Source: a virus (taxonomy: Duplodnaviria > Caudoviricetes). From it: 64,000 nucleotides of DNA. The stretch spans positions 96,001-160,000 of IMG/VR virus record IMGVR_UViG_3300042013_000067; one strand, written 5' to 3'. Positions 61,276 to 64,000 of the stretch are shown in pieces. Position 1 is the stretch's first letter. The number at the start of each line of letters is the position of its first letter. The position numbers and the translations under genes are program-made. The notes beneath the pieces are model-generated. The model made no database searches. It saw nothing but the letters and a program-made list of their open reading frames with translations, and was not told the DNA's origin.

Positions 61276-64000
61276 TTGCAGTTCCTCGGTAAACAGCGGC
61301 GACGTGCTTGGACAGCGCAGCCATGAGCATGTTGGTGGTGGCCAACAGTTTAGGGGAGAGCACCATCCGCTCTTCCACGGACGTGTTGCCGAACTTCAAG
61401 TCCAACGGTTCACCAGTTTCCAGATAGTTCTCGCCAGTAAACACACTGGAGATAATGGTCTTCATCTGGTTGGCCACTACACCTTTGTCACCGGTGCCTG
61501 CGGCCACGTCATGGTCGATGTAGATGCGGATAGCCACGTTATCAGGATCGATCGGCTCCCCTTTGATGCGGAAGCTGAAGTCCACTTCGCCGGTGAATGG
61601 GGTTTCGCCCATTGCTTCAGCGAACTCCTTACGCTCTTTGTCACCCCGTTTAGCAACCGACTGGAGTGAGGCCGACATGTCTTCAAAGTCGCCGTGATAG
61701 TACACTTCGATTTTGGATACGGTACCGACAACACCCGCTTTAGGAGACTTAGCCTCCACACGGCGTAGGGTATCGAGTGCGACATCGTCAAAGATCGGGT
61801 TGTTCGCCTGCTCAGGGTCTTCGATCATACATAGAATTGTTTCCAAGTCCACGTGATCACCTACACGGATCAGGCTATCGACGTTTTGATCAAACCGCAT
61901 TACTACGTTGCGGATCTCCGTCGATTGAGTATTGAACTTCTTGGCGGTTCCTTCAGAGATCTCACAGCCGTCTTCCAGCGTGGTGATCTTTTCCATAAAC
62001 GCTACGGTGCAGAGCACGCCCGCTTTCCAAGAAACTTGGGTTGGGTTGTAGCGATCAGTGGCGAAGAACTTGTCGTTGTAAGATAGCGTGTCGCCAGCTT
62101 TAAACGACTGCCCTAGTTTCAGGTCAGTGACCAGTGGATGGGGATAAGTGTGCCCCGCCGCAATACCGTGACGGATACCCAAAGGTACGATGTCGACTGT
62201 ACCGTCAGCATAACGCACTTGCAACGACCACTTCGTGATCTTCTCCACCACACCGTCTTGATCTGCCGCAGTGGCAAAGATCGAGGTGGTTTCTTGACCG
62301 ACTGTTTGTTCTTTACCGGTACGCAGTGGCTGGACTTCATAGCCATCTGCAAAGATACCCTGCTGATGCTGAACCGACACGAAACCAATTCGCTTCATGT
62401 CATCGTGTTCAACACACGGAGAGAGCAATGCCGAAGACGACAGCAATTTACTCGGACCATCACCCGGTTCTTTAACCCGAGTGTTACCCCGCAAGTCGAT
62501 CATGTTGGCATCAGGGGACATGTAAGCGATAACGCCTACTTCACCGGAGTCTACTGTACCTTCCGATACAGTGCCTTCATCATCCTTGTGGAAGATACGA
62601 GTACGTTCAACCATCGATACAGAGGAACGACCACCATCACCCCGATAAGTAAAGCCTTCTTGCTCACGCAAGTTAGCAACCGGGTTGGCTTCTTCCACAA
62701 TACCGCAAGACGGATCACCGACCAGCTTCTGCCACACGGCGTACGGGTTCATCTCAACGCCAATCTCACCACCCGAAGAACGGTTGTTGAAACTCTTAAC
62801 GGCTTTGGACAATTCACCGTAGATCACACCAGAGAAACGTTCATAGCCCCGGTAGCGCATGTACTTCGGATCGGTCTCTTTCGGGCAGTAGTCGGTTAGC
62901 AACAACTCGACCGCCCGCACCAGCAGTTTACTGAACTCAGTAGGCTCACCCATCTGGAGCAACAAACCTTCAGTGATCGGATCGACCCATGCGGTTTTCA
63001 ATGCATCCAGTTCACGCAGGTAACGCACACCCAAGCCCACGTCTTCCAGCAACCGGTAGTAGACGTCCTTCTTGTCGAAGTCCCACACCGAGAATTTCTT
63101 CATGGCGCGGTGATAGCGATTGAGACCGTTCAGGATCAGCGTCGAGCGGTTATCGGCTTTCGACAGTACGATGACCTCGTCTTGGAACACCAGCTTGTAG
63201 GCATCTTCTGGCAGATCCAACGACTCGCCACGTGGGTGACGGGAGTGTTCTACACCCAACTCTTTCAGCAAGGTAGTCAGGCCGAAGTAGTATGCCAGTG
63301 TAAAGCCCACTGGGATGATCTTGTTCTGCACGGTCATCTCGGCCACTTCATCGGGAGCACGGGATGCGTCCAGTCCGATGATGTCAGTCAAGCTACCGAT
63401 GGCTTCTTGACCGTCTTTGGTGTTGAGGTAGAGGACGTTGTTAGAGTCCACGCAGATCGCTTGTTTGCCGAGGTTACCCAATACCACCTGACCAACGGGT
63501 TCCTCTTGCGCAAGGTCAATACCCAATGCCGCGAAGTGTTCGATGCGTTTCTGGAAGTCGAAGAAGAACTTGTAGTCACCGGATGTGAACGAGGTGATCT
63601 GTTTGGCCATGATCGTGTAGATCCGTGGCAGGTGCAGGTCTTCTACAAAACTGTTACCCAGGTGGATATCGGTGATTGTGGTGTCTTCGGCATTACCGGC
63701 ACGGTCTTTAATCGCACTGATCAACCAACGCTCGAAGTCATCCGTCTTACGCTTAGAGCGATCGACGAAGATCTTGTTGAAGTACGAAGTCAGGGCGACG
63801 CGGAAGTCATTCACCTTACGGATAGGCTTATCCGCACGCTGCCATTTCATGCGGTAAACTACGCCGTTAGAAATGAAGCGACCATCTTTGTCCACCACCG
63901 GAATACGGAAGCGTACAGTAGTCTGACGACCACGGATGGGTTTGATAGTGACGGAGTGGATTTCATAGTGGTTCATGGCATCACGCACCACTTCCACTTT
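61256..64000 (-). CDS. Virion RNA polymerase beta subunit (phiKZ gp178-like); 5' end outside the window
   Basis: RpoB-like motifs TYRGDGGRS, DSGEVG, DDMKR....Q, EDG.EIS, GDKG...QMK; frame open to the window edge. Confidence 0.88.
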   Translation of the reverse strand, partial: KVEVVRDAMNHYEIHSVTIKPIRGRQTTVRFRIPVVDKDGRFISNGVVYRMKWQRADKPIRKVNDFRVALTSYFNKIFVDRSKRKTDDFERWLISAIKDRAGNAEDTTITDIHLGNSFVEDLHLPRIYTIMAKQITSFTSGDYKFFFDFQKRIEHFAALGIDLAQEEPVGQVVLGNLGKQAICVDSNNVLYLNTKDGQEAIGSLTDIIGLDASRAPDEVAEMTVQNKIIPVGFTLAYYFGLTTLLKELGVEHSRHPRGESLDLPEDAYKLVFQDEVIVLSKADNRSTLILNGLNRYHRAMKKFSVWDFDKKDVYYRLLEDVGLGVRYLRELDALKTAWVDPITEGLLLQMGEPTEFSKLLVRAVELLLTDYCPKETDPKYMRYRGYERFSGVIYGELSKAVKSFNNRSSGGEIGVEMNPYAVWQKLVGDPSCGIVEEANPVANLREQEGFTYRGDGGRSSVSMVERTRIFHKDDEGTVSEGTVDSGEVGVIAYMSPDANMIDLRGNTRVKEPGDGPSKLLSSSALLSPCVEHDDMKRIGFVSVQHQQGIFADGYEVQPLRTGKEQTVGQETTSIFATAADQDGVVEKITKWSLQVRYADGTVDIVPLGIRHGIAAGHTYPHPLVTDLKLGQSFKAGDTLSYNDKFFATDRYNPTQVSWKAGVLCTVAFMEKITTLEDGCEISEGTAKKFNTQSTEIRNVVMRFDQNVDSLIRVGDHVDLETILCMIEDPEQANNPIFDDVALDTLRRVEAKSPKAGVVGTVSKIEVYYHGDFEDMSASLQSVAKRGDKERKEFAEAMGETPFTGEVDFSFRIKGEPIDPDNVAIRIYIDHDVAAGTGDKGVVANQMKTIISSVFTGENYLETGEPLDLKFGNTSVEERMVLSPKLLATTNMLMAALSKHVAAVYRGTANARAKH

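Noticed and set aside
61256-64000. Intron or intein in the RNAP subunit genes
   Set aside because: The visible reading frames are continuous, with no intein C-terminal HN/C motif or homing endonuclease motif recognised.

Overview
This window is part of a phiKZ-like jumbo phage genome (Chimalliviridae, the nucleus-forming phages), not a bacterial chromosome. The assignment rests on split multisubunit RNA polymerase subunits (phiKZ gp123-, gp149- and gp178-like), a gp175-type prohead protease, a gp129-like portal, a UvsX/RecA-like ATPase, an SbcC/Rad50 ATPase, RNase H, RuvC and a spike/PAAR pair, in broadly phiKZ-like order. All phiKZ gp numbers come from recalled motifs and synteny, not from a database search. 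Accessory inserts are: (i) a collagen-like fibre with four tandem foldon-like repeats, its chaperone and an Ig-like protein; (ii) an apparently complete lysis cassette (i-spanin, overlapping o-spanin, holin candidate, PG-binding/DUF3380-type muramidase); (iii) two tandem 2OG-Fe(II) dioxygenase-like genes inside the tail operon; (iv) small membrane-protein genes behind a repeated promoter that fits sigma70 geometry. A conserved family of intergenic palindromes (CGGCATAAAGCCCCTCCC-loop-GGGAGGGGCTTTATGCCG) punctuates the window. The most notable hypothesis is phage-encoded hydroxylation of a (Gly-Asp-Lys)n collagen fibre by the 2OG-Fe(II) oxygenases. No tRNA, rRNA, CRISPR array, intron or mobile element could be supported.
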